60,574 bases of DNA, filler included, from Hausera hauseri (GCA_046269625.1; 11 parts of 11 records of this genome joined end to end with filler, not necessarily neighbours in it); one strand, 5' to 3'; shown: positions 12,111 through 24,516, counted from the whole stretch's first letter. The notes: a model not told the origin generated them from the letters alone. A program made the numbers and translations.

Positions 12111-13500
12111 TGGCTGATTAGCTTGCTCACCTTAATCATGCTAATAAAGCACATAGGCGCCGTAACCGTATATGATTGCAATAAGTTTAAATTAAGACAG
12201 AGATATTCTTTAATGGACCTAGAAGTATGCGAGGACGCCAGACCGCACAAATTGGAAACAAGAGAAAAAAGTTACTTCATGCATCAACAGCAAGAATTAG
12301 TATCATTAGACGAAATGGAGTGTATGATGAGACGATCACGTAGCATTTTTCACTGTGGACTAGTACACGGACATTCCTCCATAATCAAGCCAACTACTCC
12401 TCTTATTCCGATGAATGTAGAGCGTCAACATTGCAAACAAGCTAAGGAAACTGGAAGAATACAGTGGGACGGAATGCAATTGGAAATGCAACCCGGAAAA
12501 ATAATCAGAGCGTACAAAGTAGTAGCTGGAAGGCTGGATATGCATAGCGGACATTGTAATGGAGCAGAATACGATACCGGAAAAGGATTAGAATCAAACG
12601 TTGTGGATTTCTACGACTCAGAAATGCGATCACAAAATGTAATGTTCCGTAGTGTCACCAAGTTATACACTGAGAATCAGAAATGCCATTTACAAGACAA
12701 ACCTGTGCTTTTAGAAGTTCGGTTATAATATGGGAACCTCCCTCTGGAAGAAGCTGTAACTTTATCAAAATTAAGTAGTTAAAGTATGATGAAACTACCG
12801 GAAAACAATATGTAGACAAATCGGAGACTAATTCAAGAACACGCGAAGATGTGTCAAAACACCCTATACCTACTCTATTAATCTCGGACCCGCACGGACT
12901 AAAATTTATAAAAAAGAGATGATGACTCGTTGTGATGTAGTAATGTTCGCCACAAACTATGAAGCGTTCTTTGTAGCCGAAATGGAGATAAACGCAAAAA
13001 CCTACAAATTGGAAATGCAGGATGTCCGGATTGAAGATTACCTGAAAAATAGAGATGATTATTTCTACTATAAAGGACAAGTCGGAATAACGGAATTACA
13101 TCGCAAAATGATAATGAATGACTGCAAATTTGATACAAAAATCATGAGAACTAAAATGGCTGTTATATATGCAAACCCAGAACTAGCTTCTCCAATAATT
13201 CCCATAATGGAAGGAATTTTCGGTCGAATTACGGGCGAAGTATTACTTTCCTCTGAATGTGAAAAGAGAGAAGTTCCCATCAACGTAGAGGAAAAACGTT
13301 GTATCCAGGAACTTCATGTTATTTATCAGAATACTCCAAGATTAGCTACACCATTGACGAGAGTGCTGTTGGATAACGCAACACAACCAATCATCTTTAA
13401 GGATTGTAAAGCAAGCTTAGGACAGCCAATGTTTAGACGTAGTGAAACAGACTGGGTTAGTTTACCTAATGGAGGTATTACTGCCGCTCCTAAGAAACGA
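12111..13500 (+). pseudogene. Chuvirus-like (class III, gB-type) envelope glycoprotein ectodomain, TM region deleted
   Basis: Signal-like WLISLLTLIMLIKHIGA then VYDC, SLMDLEVC, FHCGLVHGHSSI, GHCNGAEY, KNRDDYFY, GEVLL..CEKREV...C.QEL.V...LATPLTRVL. This cysteine/motif pattern is typical of chuviral and retroelement-captured glycoproteins. Confidence 0.82.
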
Positions 13501-13789
13501 GATGTTGTATTCACCGAGAGAGCCTAGAAATATTGAAACTAGACCGACAGTTTGGGACAACCCAAAATTACGAACATTCAAACATAATGAACTACATACT
13601 AACAATCGACAGCCGCTAATTAGTACTCACAAAATGGAAGAATTGCACGTAGAAAACAACTAATTATATCCAAACAAAGAGTTAAGACAGTTATCGGAAA
13701 ACATAGTATCCGCCCCAGAAGTAAGAATAAACGGACACAAAATATCAGTGACTAAACATTCGAAAGTAGCATCAAACTGTTTTGGAACC

Positions 13790-14413
13790 GTGATCGAAGG
13801 AAAACCTTTCGCCAAAATCATTATTGAAGATTGGGAAGTTTATGCGCTAACTGATACGGGTTCCGAAATGTCTTACATCAAAAATGATTCAATACCTCAA
13901 ACGCTAAGAGGACAATTATATTCGCCGTCTACGATAGATCCAGTCAGTACCGGAGCTTTTGGCCAAACGTCGAAACCAATGTTTAAATGAAACCCAGAAG
14001 TCCAATTAGCTAGATGAACTGTTCGGCATGAATTTGCAATCATAGAACAATTAACTGATGACATCGTTCTAGGATGCGATTTATTGAAAAGGCTACTAAA
14101 TATAGCAGTCGACTTACAAACAGGAAAACTAAATGAGATTAGACCAAAAAGGGCGTGAAGAACGCTAAGGATAGAAAATTCGGGAAGTGTGGATACCAGT
14201 AGACGAGAACATTCCGCCAAGAACGGAGATAATAATTTACGCACAGATTCAGCAAGATAACTATCAGCCAGTATATTTTGAGCCAAGGGCAACGTTAAAT
14301 CCTTATAAAACACTCAGTAATGTACTACCGAGAGTACACTCCGGTCGTGTACCAATCAGAATAGCTAATAACTCGCTGAGTCCTGTCAAGCTCCATGCTT
14401 ATAATACTTTAGG
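13790..14413 (+). pseudogene. Retropepsin protease and post-protease spacer of family B
   Basis: VYALTDTGSEMSYI, DIVLGCDLL, then IPPRTEIII...GRVPIRIAN. Confidence 0.8.
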
Positions 14414-14513
14414 NNNNNNNNNNNNNNNNNNNNNNNNNNNNNNNNNNNNNNNNNNNNTTAATTAATTAANNNNNNNNNNNNNNNNNNNNNNNNNNNNNNN
14501 NNNNNNNNNNNNN
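14414..14513. other. Artificial contig-join spacer
   Basis: N44-TTAATTAATTAA-N44. Confidence 0.99.
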
Positions 14514-14925
14514 CTTACTTCCACGTTCAACGAGTAAGGACAAGTTGGGCGTAATTTCTTATGTTTTTCTTTGGGTCGATCCTTTATCTGCTCATATTGG
14601 AATTCTCCCTGACAATATATGCATATTATTTGTCCCGTTGAAGTTCGGAATAGTCCGGCATTGGCATATAATTGTGCTAATTCCCCTGGAACAGGTGAAT
14701 TTGGGTATTCTAGGAATGATATTTTTCTGTTCTGTGCATTTCTCATGGAGTTGTCCAATACTGTCATTCTGGAGTAACTTGTCAGTCTCTTAATGAATGC
14801 TGTCGGTCCGAGTTGTCTATTCTGATAATGTAGCAGGTACTGTACTGTATTAGGTTGTGCTGGTCTTGTATATTCGTAGTATCTGGGGGCTTGAAATTTG
14901 ATTTCTCTTATTCTCTGCATTTCAG
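14514..14925 (-). CDS. IAP-like protein with BIR domain, truncated at contig end
   Basis: RKISFLEYP...LAQLYANAGLFRT...CIYC...KHKKLRPTCPY fits the BIR consensus R..SF..WP...LA.AGF...C..C...H....P.C.F. Confidence 0.85.
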
Positions 14926-14962
14926 CTAAAATGTAACCCAATCAAATAAGAACACTTTTTAT

Positions 14963-15270
14963 TCACAAATTTTTTATCGTATAATAGGCATGTTTATATT
15001 GAAATAGTTTATTGTTAGCACGACACACTGGGCATGAGGCTCCAATGGAGAACCATTCCCTCAGACACTGTCTACAAAACTGATGCCTGCAAGGGACCAA
15101 CTCCACTGGGTCTACGGAATATTCGTTTAAACAAATTGTACACTGGGCTCCCACAGGAGTAAAATTCCCACATGGGTTGTATATCGTATATACATTTATT
15201 TCATCTGTCTGGCAAAATGCTGGGAACCCGTGACTCAGTATGGTCGATGAGTTCACAATACGGGGTAAAC
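14963..15270 (-). CDS. RING finger (C3HC4) protein cassette
   Basis: CTICLNEY...LVPCRHQFCRQCLREW...CPVCR. No ATG in frame; starts after TTTTCTTAAG. Confidence 0.88.
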
Positions 15271-15325
15271 CTTAAGAAAATAAAATAAACAATTTGTTAC
15301 ACATAATTTTATTGATAATTTAATT

Positions 15326-15786
15326 TTAATCTATGTCCAATATTGTATAGGGTTGTGGGTTTCTCCATGCTTCCGGCCAGCTGCCGTCGTCCTCATCGAT
15401 CACTAGCACTATAGAGGATTGTCTATTCAAGTTCAAGTATGTGATCAGTCCTTCTGTGATATAAAAGTCCACCGTTTCCAGGCAGTAGGGGCATAATTGA
15501 CAACACGCCAAATATTCAAGGATGCATGACTGGCAAAATACATGCCTACACGATAGGGTGGCCAAGTCCTCAGCTACTAGTTTGGAGCACACCCAACAGA
15601 ATGTGCAATTTCTTCTGCAACAGGGGCAATTGTTATGTTCCCCCAGCCAGATGTTGATACAGGAACTGCAGTAGCTATGCTTGCATGGTAGTGTGGTCCT
15701 TTCCTCCATCATTTCTTCAAGGCAGATGGGGCATTTTTCGGGTTCCATTCTGTCTTCATTTCCACTTCCATTTCTGTTTCCGTTTC
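15326..15786 (-). CDS. Tandem double RING finger protein cassette
   Basis: CPICLEEM...LPCKHSYCSSCI..W...CPCCR followed by CWVC...LSCRHVFCQSCI...CPYC. Confidence 0.9.
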
Positions 15787-15990
15787 CTTAAATGGTAATA
15801 GTTTATTTCAAGTATTTTCTATATTCATTTACTAACAATAATAAGTCCTTCTAATAAAACGACTTCTATATGTTAAAATTTATCATACTATAATCATTCA
15901 CAGATCTACGATTCCACCTGTTAGGGCACATATGGGACACAAAACCAAATTTCGCGAGGTACAATAATCAATTTACTTTCATTACATATT

Positions 15991-16226
15991 TCATAAATTA
16001 ATTAATTTGTCAATTTCTTCCAAGTCATTCCACGATAGGGCGCAGATAGGACATAGTAAACAACAATCCTCATCCATGGTCATTAAACCCAGATTAGTTT
16101 CCTCCCTGCAATGTCCGCACTCAAATGAATCCTCTGGTTGTTTCAATTTCTCCACCAAATAACATAGGGGGCAGAGAATCTCCTCTTCATCCCAAGTTTC
16201 TGGAAATCTCTTGCAGATAATACAAC
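15991..16226 (-). CDS. Small Cys-rich Zn-finger cassette (four CxxC)
   Basis: CIIC, CPLC, CGHC, CPIC; no ATG before the fingers. Confidence 0.65.
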
Positions 16227-16393
16227 CTAAAACCAATATGATTCAATTGACTTAAGCTTCAAATTTTTCTCCTCCTGGTACTCAGTAATTTACAATTTAG
16301 TTATCTATATTGTTATTCTTCTATTTATTCTCATTACTTTATTCCCATTACTTATCATCAACAAACAACCAGAATCAGACGTTTATTATCGAT

Positions 16394-16680
16394 TTAAATA
16401 GGCATGATTATAAGTCCGTTGGGCCCGACTACATATAATGGGGTTGGATCTATTATCCTATCTTCTTGCTCTTCTTCCTCCTCGTCAAAAATCACCACTG
16501 TAGTAACTCCCAGGCAGTTGTAACTGCTCACCTTTCTCCTACAAAAGGGACAGTTTTGTTTCTTCGACAACCATTGATCGGCACACTTGGTACACATAAT
16601 ATGTGTGCACCGGAGTAAAGCGTACCGCAATCCAAGGGCATTGTAGCATATTGCACATTTTGTGGTCCCAGTTCTGACAT
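16394..16680 (-). CDS. RING finger (C3HC4) protein cassette with acidic tail
   Basis: CAICYNAL...LLRCTHIMCTKCADQW...CPFCR, then DEEEEEQED. Confidence 0.88.
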
Positions 16681-18496
16681 CTGATAAAATATAAATAATA
16701 TCCACTTGCTAAGAATAATAATTCTACAAATTACATCAAAACATTTAACCCTCGAGCTTATCCTCACTCGGGGCACCAGTTTATATGTTGGGTGTACAGG
16801 GGCTGTTAACAACCTTAAGCAGTACTCAACATATAAATCGTTTACAAGACAATGATCCATTTGGAAATGATTCGTGCTACCTGAAGGTTAATTTCGTGAG
16901 TTTGTCGATCTTCTCCCTGCTATATCTATTCCGATGTTTGTTACTTTAAGGAGTTCTCATTGTTGCAGTGCTTATTTAGCGTTAGGCAAATTCTGATAAA
17001 GTTCCTAATAATTATAATGTTAGTACCGGTCATCGCCGCTCTAAATTCACCCAGACAATAATTTATCAGTTAAATTCATTTTTTCTAACCCAAAAGACCA
17101 TTCCCAAAATTCGCGCGAGCATGCCCTCACAATCGACTTGATAGGGTTGAATGAACAGCTACCATACTTCAAACCAGCAAAACTACATGGTTAAGTTGAT
17201 ACACAATTAAATTCTATGGGAAGGTAACGATCATTTCAATTATATAGTCACAACCCAATAAAAGGAAAGGAAAGGAAAGGAAACAATCATTGGGAAATCC
17301 TTATTACATCATCATAAAATAGTGAAACTGAATATTAAACAGACGATAATTATTGATCAATAAAACTGAATATTATTCATATAATAAATATACAGACTTG
17401 GTATGTTACCTGTTCGCAGTAGTATTACAATCCTTATTAATCTACGCCAACCCCATTTAATAAAATACCAATCATAAATTATCAATCGATACTGTTTAAT
17501 AACTAATATATTAACTATTGTATTCAAGTTTTAAAAGAAATCAAATGTAAAACTTTTAGAATAGTGTGTGGTATATTTCTCGATTCTAATCAAGGATACG
17601 TATTTATATATATAGTTGTATAATGAAAAATATTATATTTAAATTTTATTTTTCTTGGGACTATATGACGGCACTTATTTATTATTTCTATTTTTTCTTT
17701 TCACGTTAGCTCGACTTCGGCTCGATACTTGAGAGATGATTTCGACTACCTCTTGAGAGACCATATCCGTACTGGAGTTTCCTCTATCCACCATTTCCAC
17801 TGTATGAACCTCCATTATTTCGATAGTCAGTACCGTTAGTAATCTCTAAGCTCAAAGCCATCTACAAAATTGCTCGTATAAATACACCGTACCTCCTAGA
17901 ATTCCAAACCGTATTGTATATATTCATTTCACGACAAATAAACACATATATATGTACTCGAAACAACATTATTCAGTATAATTCACATAGGAGACTACTT
18001 TACTCAAAACACCATTTACCCATCACAACGCAATTTCGATTGGCACCAATGCATCGGAATTTCCACTCGCATCAACTGTAGTTCAATCCACATTTCATCT
18101 ATGCGGTATCGTAATCTTCTTGTTTAGATTTTCAGAGATCGTCCCTTGGACATATTTTCGAATACCGAATACTAAATTCATTTAATCAATACACTCACCG
18201 TTTAACCAACGCCCGGGGATAAAATGTTTCATTCTATTTATCGATGCTAATTTTTATTGTATAACAAATATATATACACAAAACATTCATCATAAAATAA
18301 TAAAATTGCAAATTTATAAATTTAAGTAACATATACCGTGGACTTCAATTTCGTTATCATCAGGTGAATTATCGTAACTGGCCATGAATTTATCGTAGCA
18401 GAATGTATCTAAGGCTAAAACCTTTTTCGAAGTATTACTTGTAAAGTAGTAGAAAAAGTATGGTTATTTCATTTATGACTGATGTGTTTATATACT

Positions 18497-18741
18497 ATTT
18501 GTGCTGATTTCAAATTCTATTTTTAAAATTCACTGACGTCAATCTAGTTTTATTTTGTGTTGATTTCGAAATTGAAAATCATTGACGTCATTCGGTGGTT
18601 TTGTACTACACATTCGTTCAATGTTCAATTTTACAATTTGACCGCATTTTGTGTTGATTTCGAAATTGAAAATCATTGACGTCATTCGGTGGTTTTATAC
18701 TACACAATTGTTCAGTGTTTAATTTATAAAATTTGACCTCA
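18497..18741. repeat. Tandem repeat, 94-bp period (2 copies plus a partial)
   Basis: ATTTTGTGTTGATTTCGAAATTGAAAATCATTGACGTCATTCGGTGGTTTT at 18552 and 18646; degenerate unit at 18497. Confidence 0.85.
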
Positions 18742-19159
18742 TATTACGCATTTTACTTTTAATTATACGTTACTCAAATTCAATATTGCCATCTGTTTTA
18801 TCTTCAGATATGTCTAACAATTCATGGCTAACAATTCATTTACATTTTTCAGAAAATGAAAATGTCCATCATGTGGGACTTAACATTAAACACAAGAATA
18901 AAGTTTATTAAAACTGCAAATTTTTTATAACAAATTGATAACAATTAATTGTCATAAAATATCCACAAATTAGTCAAAGTAAGTAATCAAAATGTTTGTT
19001 ATAATGGATCAAATGAATTATAAAATGTTGTTGTTCGTCGGCGTCGGTACTGTTTGGGAAGTCTGGAAGTCTTCGGTGCTGTTTTGGGTCGACACTGTTC
19101 AGTAGTCTCAAGGCAACACACTGTTCAGGGAGTCTCAACGTCAGCGACTTGATTTAAAT

Positions 19160-19767
19160 CTATCTCGTCGCTGATTCGACAGGATCTCCTTCGTTTCCTT
19201 GTGCACTTTGTAGTAGGCCTTCAGAATACAATCGGTGATCATTCAGGAACACACGATAATCTGGATAACGCTCGGTATTTGGATACCTTTCACGATATAC
19301 TGAGACTGCAGTATTGGCATTATATCTACATTCCCCATAAATGAGATGCATGTTAGCATATTCTTGTGCAGTGTACGTATTCGGCATCGTAATAAAACAC
19401 TAATAAAATGTTTGTATGGGATTGGTTTGAATCTTTGAAACTTTGAATCTAAATTGCGCAAAATACAAAAAGTAGTGTGTTTTTTAAACAGTAGTAAACA
19501 CACTCGAATATTTAAACAAACACATTTTACACAGTCCAATGTGGGCAATCATGCTCCATAAAAACAATAATAAAAATACAAATTATTTAAATCTCTAGTC
19601 ACATTACCGGCGAGGTTCCGTGAGGTTACTGACTTTTTATATTTTTATTAAAATGGATGGTATTTGAGAACCGTAGCTTATAGGACCCTATTTTTTTTCG
19701 TTACGAGGTCGGCATAAGTAGGCCTTTCTCCTATTGTCAGCTTATCGTCACGTTCTGGGACACCTTG
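19160..19767 (-). mobile_element. Tc1/mariner-superfamily remnant (DUF4817-like HTH transposase N-terminus plus one TIR)
   Basis: MPNTYTAQEYANMHLIYGECRYNA..A...YRERYP..RYPDYRVF; terminus TA|CAAGGTGTCCCAGAA at 19767. Confidence 0.75.
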
Positions 19768-19775
19768 TATATATA

Positions 19776-20390
19776 CAGTCATATTTATCTAATCGGGTTT
19801 TTCAGGAACTTTAAAGTCCTTGCCAGATTAGAAAATCCGGATTACGCAATTGTCAGTAAAAAAAAGAGAAAGTTTTGACTAAGTTAATATCAAAGTCATT
19901 AACCTCACCTTTCAATTTATTTTATACAAAGTTACACACATTTCAAACATTAAATTACACAATGTTAAATGACTTACATATGTACAAACAAAAAATTAAG
20001 ACCTATTCTGTTATTCTGTTACAACCGCGAAAAAATCACTTATGTGAGTTTGTATTGGTGCTTTATTCATTTCTGCAATCACACCATTCTGAAGAAGTTT
20101 AATAGCATTGACGTGACTCTCACTGAATCCACTATGATTTTGAAGAATGAAGTATAAAGTAGTCAAAGCTTAAGTGGCTTCCTTGAACGTTGAAACAATT
20201 GGTTTATGTGATCCATCAAGCTCAAAATCAGTGTCAATTTCTACATATGCTGACCAAACGCATACAAAATTTCATTATTTGAAACACCTGGTAAAGTGGA
20301 TAATGCTTCTATGTAGTTCTGAAAGGTGATATCTTATGGAACTTGTAAAAAGACATGAAGTCGGTCAAAATGTTTACAACGTTATCATTC
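19776..20390 (-). mobile_element. pogo/Tigger transposon 3' remnant
   Basis: Minus frame STFKEAT*ALTTL...IKLLQNGVIAEMNKAPIQTHISDFF has the C-terminal PIP-box typical of pogo transposases; TA|CAGT terminus at 19776. Confidence 0.6.
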
Positions 20391-20717
20391 GCCTAGAATT
20401 GAACTACTGGCGGGTCTTGAGATTGTACAGTGAAACAGTAGATAGATAGGAGTACATGAGGCCAACCCACTTGATGTGGTTCAGGGATGAGTAATGGGTG
20501 AGAGAAAATGATGCACACATGAACTGTTAATAGGGTAGAGATTGGAGACATACAGTTACGAAAGTGATACACACAAGCACATGTAATATGGGGATCCAAA
20601 ATGCTTTTAAAAATTTTAATTTTGCGCCAAAAATTTTTGTCTAAATTTGGCGATAAATTTTTTGTTTAAATGTCATGAAAACGCATTACTGGAATTCTTG
20701 AAATTATATGCATTTAC

Positions 20718-20817
20718 NNNNNNNNNNNNNNNNNNNNNNNNNNNNNNNNNNNNNNNNNNNNTTAATTAATTAANNNNNNNNNNNNNNNNNNNNNNNNNNN
20801 NNNNNNNNNNNNNNNNN
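20718..20817. other. Artificial contig-join spacer
   Basis: N44-TTAATTAATTAA-N44. Confidence 0.99.
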
Positions 20818-22093
20818 CAACAGCAAAACTATTCATTGAAATTGAATTAATTTTTTCAAAATTCTCGTGTCATGAAATGATGGTGAAAAGCTGATACATG
20901 AGAAATTATAGTCATGCTGAAGGTCTGTGTATAATTCCTCCCTTCCAGAATGTGTATGTATAAATTTTAATAAAATTGCATATTTGAAACAAAATTGGTC
21001 ATTATTCTTAACACTAATGCATGTATTTTTACTCTCAATCCAATCAGGAAGTGTAAAGTAAGAACTTCCTCTCCATGAGGAATACTTATGTACTCGAATA
21101 ATTACATTTTAATCAACAAAAGTGTCCAACCACTGCTTTTTAACTTTCTTCTTTTTCATGTATAAGATGTCTGAACTCATTTTTCAAAAATTCGTTAATA
21201 TTATTTTGTTCCAGAATTAACTTGTTTTTTTTTTAAATGCTCTTTTTTCATCCTCACCATCTATGTTATAAATTAATATAATATCTGCACTAAATAGATC
21301 GCAGATATGATATAATAAAATAGACGGTTATAATCCGCAAACAGACTCTCGAGATTTACAATAAAGATGTCTAAAATGGAGGATTTTCGATTCACAAATA
21401 TATTAAACAATATTCAATAAGACCAACAGTAAATTGTCTAAACCAGAAATCAAAATAATAAATGATTAAATACTTGAAAAACAAAATGTCCGTAAAATCA
21501 ATTTATTTTGCATGACTGTACAAAAGTAAATAATCTATACAATATTAAAACAAAATACAATATTTATATGATGATATTGTCAAATTCGTGGAATTTCTGG
21601 CACATATATTTTCAGCAATTGAAATGTCTATAATAATTTTCTATAAAACCCATGAATAAAAAGAATCGAAATTTAGGAGAATAATATAGGCAAAGTAAAA
21701 ACTGTGATAAAATATTTATAGCCAACTAATCGCACTTAACCCTAATTAGCACAATCAAAACACATTTAGCGACAATATGGGAAATCATCTAAAATAAAAA
21801 GAAAATCAAACACGATAACGAACATAGAGATGAGTAAAACGAATTCGTATTTAAATATGAATTGCGGTACAAATTTTGATTGGACTGATTTGAACATTGA
21901 TACTGACTCATTGTGAGTGCTTATTGTTGATTTTGCATGACGTTGACTGGTGATTGGTTAAGAACTTGATTTTTATCGACAGAATATGACTGCAGTTTCT
22001 GGTTAACGTAATACCGTGGAGTAGGTGATTGCGATACTCGATTCAAATCATCGACGTATGGAATATTGGTATCAACACTCGGTGACTGCATGA

Positions 22094-22838
22094 TCATCTA
22101 ATACTGACTTCTGCATATCGGTGAATGATATTGAGAATGAAATTGGTTTTCCAAAACAGTATTTGATTGAACAACAAACGAATTGTCGACAAATGATACA
22201 CTTCTTCTGATAGATCTGCAATCCCGTGCATTGATGGATTGTCTTCTGGAAATTTTGTTGAAGTACCAAAATTATCAATTTCTTCATTCGGCTGAGGAGA
22301 ATTTGTTGCTGTTTGGAAGCATGCATATGCCGACAGATCGCTGATCAAACTTTCAGATTTATATCTAATTTTAGTTCCAGTTAGTGGAGATTCTGATTTA
22401 TTTACCGAACGACTAATTGCGTCTTGAATATTCGACATTTCTGCATTAAGGGTGCATAAATCTGTAACTTGAGATAAACATATTTTGTCGCCAGATGAAT
22501 GCGAAACCTCATTCGACGATGGCACTTCTGACAGAATTGTTAACGTTTTCCGTTCATCAGCATTTGAAATACTTTCGGCATAAATTTTCAATTTCATCTG
22601 TTTTCTGCTTACTCCTCAGCATTAAATGGGAATTCAGAGATTCTTGACAACTTCTTAATGCCCGTGTTTTACCCGCTTTACTAGGACATAATTCAGCATT
22701 TCCTGATTGGCATATAGGTTCTTGTACAATCGAGTCAGAATAAGATATTTCTACAATATGATTCGGTAAATCTTCTTTCGAACTTTGGTAAGTCGACTTC
22801 ATAATTTTCAGAGATCTGTAAAAAAAGAACCACTTCAT
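22094..22838 (-). pseudogene. Ser-rich coding-like segment of unknown identity
   Basis: Two overlapping minus ORFs (93 and 167 aa) with disordered composition; no motif recognised. Confidence 0.25.
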
Positions 22839-24516
22839 AATATTCGAGACTGCAAGAGGGTATCTGGTGTTTCGTTACGAGTAACTGTTGGAGATGTTGA
22901 ACAATTAACAATATAATATAGAGGCATCCTTTCTATTTATTCATTCCAGTTTTCAAGGCAGAAAATCGGGATCTGTCTATGCGTCCGTCGCGCCGGTAGC
23001 GGAAAACCCGGCCGTAACCAACCGAATGGGTCGGAGGGCGACGATCGACGCGGGCACCATATGCCTTGCTTACCTATCTCCTATCTCCTTACCTACTACC
23101 TCTCCAATACCTTTCCTTTTTGAAGTGTTATGTTCGTGCTCTACATATAAATCCATATGTATGGACGCCTCCCTCCGTTACATTACTGCCAAATATCCTT
23201 CTGTTTTTACAATACCTAATAGATATAAAGGTAAAAAGTTAACAAGATCGCTGCACATTAATTACCTATTGGTCTCATACTAATGGACCTCAACCATTGA
23301 AACAAATTATTGAGCAACAGTTATGTACACCAAACTTTCCATCTCAACCTAAAGATATGTTAATAACTGTTGCTCAAGGATCAATTTGTATAGACATTTC
23401 TAAAATGCCATCACCCGCATTTAAACTTCACGTATCACCCTATAAATCAGTCTTATTAACAGCCGATATTTGGAAATAAAAAACCTTTAGCATTCGAATT
23501 AGAGAAGCAACACTTTTATGCCTACAATAAGAATATGTAGATATTCCATCTTGGAAAATCCATTTTGAAGCCTCACCTAATGGCAAAATATCACTACAAG
23601 AATTAGACTGGCTTCCTCAACCTCTAAATCATCTGATTCAATCATATGTACGAACTCCTCATTCCTATTCAAACGACACACTTATATTTGCGGGCTATGC
23701 TCTAGCTTTTTCTGGAAACCTCCCTCTATTTATTCAAGTTGTCTTGGCGGAATTGACTACTGACCCCACTGAAACTCTTCAAATAACATACAAAAGGATA
23801 TTCAACCAATGGAAAAAGTAGATAACATAGATAAGTATTGCCATGGAGTGTCTCTGGATGATTTAACCCATACTCCAGATTTTGCCCTTTGCAGGAGCCA
23901 TATTCAACGCGCTATATATGGCAGGATATCAGTCACTTTTGACCCACAATTTTTTTAAATCTTTGGCACTTACCTAATTCGCTACTCCTTGGCCATATCA
24001 ATCTTAACTATAGCCACAATGGATTTAAATCATTTTCATCAATACTCAAATCTATAGAATATTTTCTACCAGGAAAATCAGATGCAGAATACATGGCGTT
24101 TATTGCCCATGATATTTATAAGGAAAGGCGTTTCTCGAGTCAAGTCCTTACTCCATGGCGTCCTAAGTTATTGCCCAATTTAATAACTAAATGACCCCAT
24201 AATCCACTCTCTTCAATACCGCATTGATCCTGGTCGCATTTCTCCTTTTTGGAACACACGCCATTAGATACCCCTATATGCCCTTGTACCATACTGACTG
24301 ACTCTGATAGTTTACTTATGGATAGCCTACCACTTAATAAATTCCATGCAGATGCGTCGATGGCAAAGTATCCAGTACTACCAGAAGTAACCCCAAAACA
24401 TTCACATCAATCATTAGACTTTGACGATTATTCTACATGGACAGATCAGATTATAATGAATTCTCCGTGATTTGGGTTTACGTCAGTGGAAGACGATATA
24501 CTCAACCCCCCCCTTA

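Larger units (their letters stand above)
9822..14413 (+). mobile_element. Envelope-bearing LTR retrotransposon (family B, copy 1): helical region, UBL, glycoprotein (TM deleted), protease, spacer
   Basis: ORFs at 10030, 10381, 11083 and 11380 share one frame. Glycoprotein from ~12111, protease ALTDTGSEMSYI at ~13845. Homologous throughout to 43724-48600 (-). Confidence 0.85.

Noticed and set aside
9822-14413. Alternative genetic code to explain the many in-frame stops
   Set aside because: The stops are a mix of TAA, TAG and TGA, fall at different positions in the two homologous copies and come with frameshifts, which indicates decay.
9822-14413. Endogenous chuvirus (RNA virus) genome
   Set aside because: No nucleoprotein or L motifs recognised; the glycoprotein is followed in frame by a retropepsin.
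14514-16882. AUG supplied by a flatworm-type spliced leader for the ATG-less cassettes
   Set aside because: A leader ending in AUG would need phase 0; all candidate acceptors are phase 1.
17260-17283. (AAAGG)n and similar short runs (also (TTTA)n near 25045)
   Set aside because: Ordinary microsatellites.
1-20717. A single giant-virus genome (E1 + PolB + RING + IAP + RNA polymerase piece)
   Set aside because: These lie on separate contigs, the PolB is protein-primed Polinton type, and the E1 and RPB2 pieces are short fragments.
22981-23051. Twister or hammerhead ribozyme call
   Set aside because: There is a partial resemblance (GCCGGT...CCCGG...GGAGGG), but the conserved cores are not in the right order; kept only as an unassigned structure.
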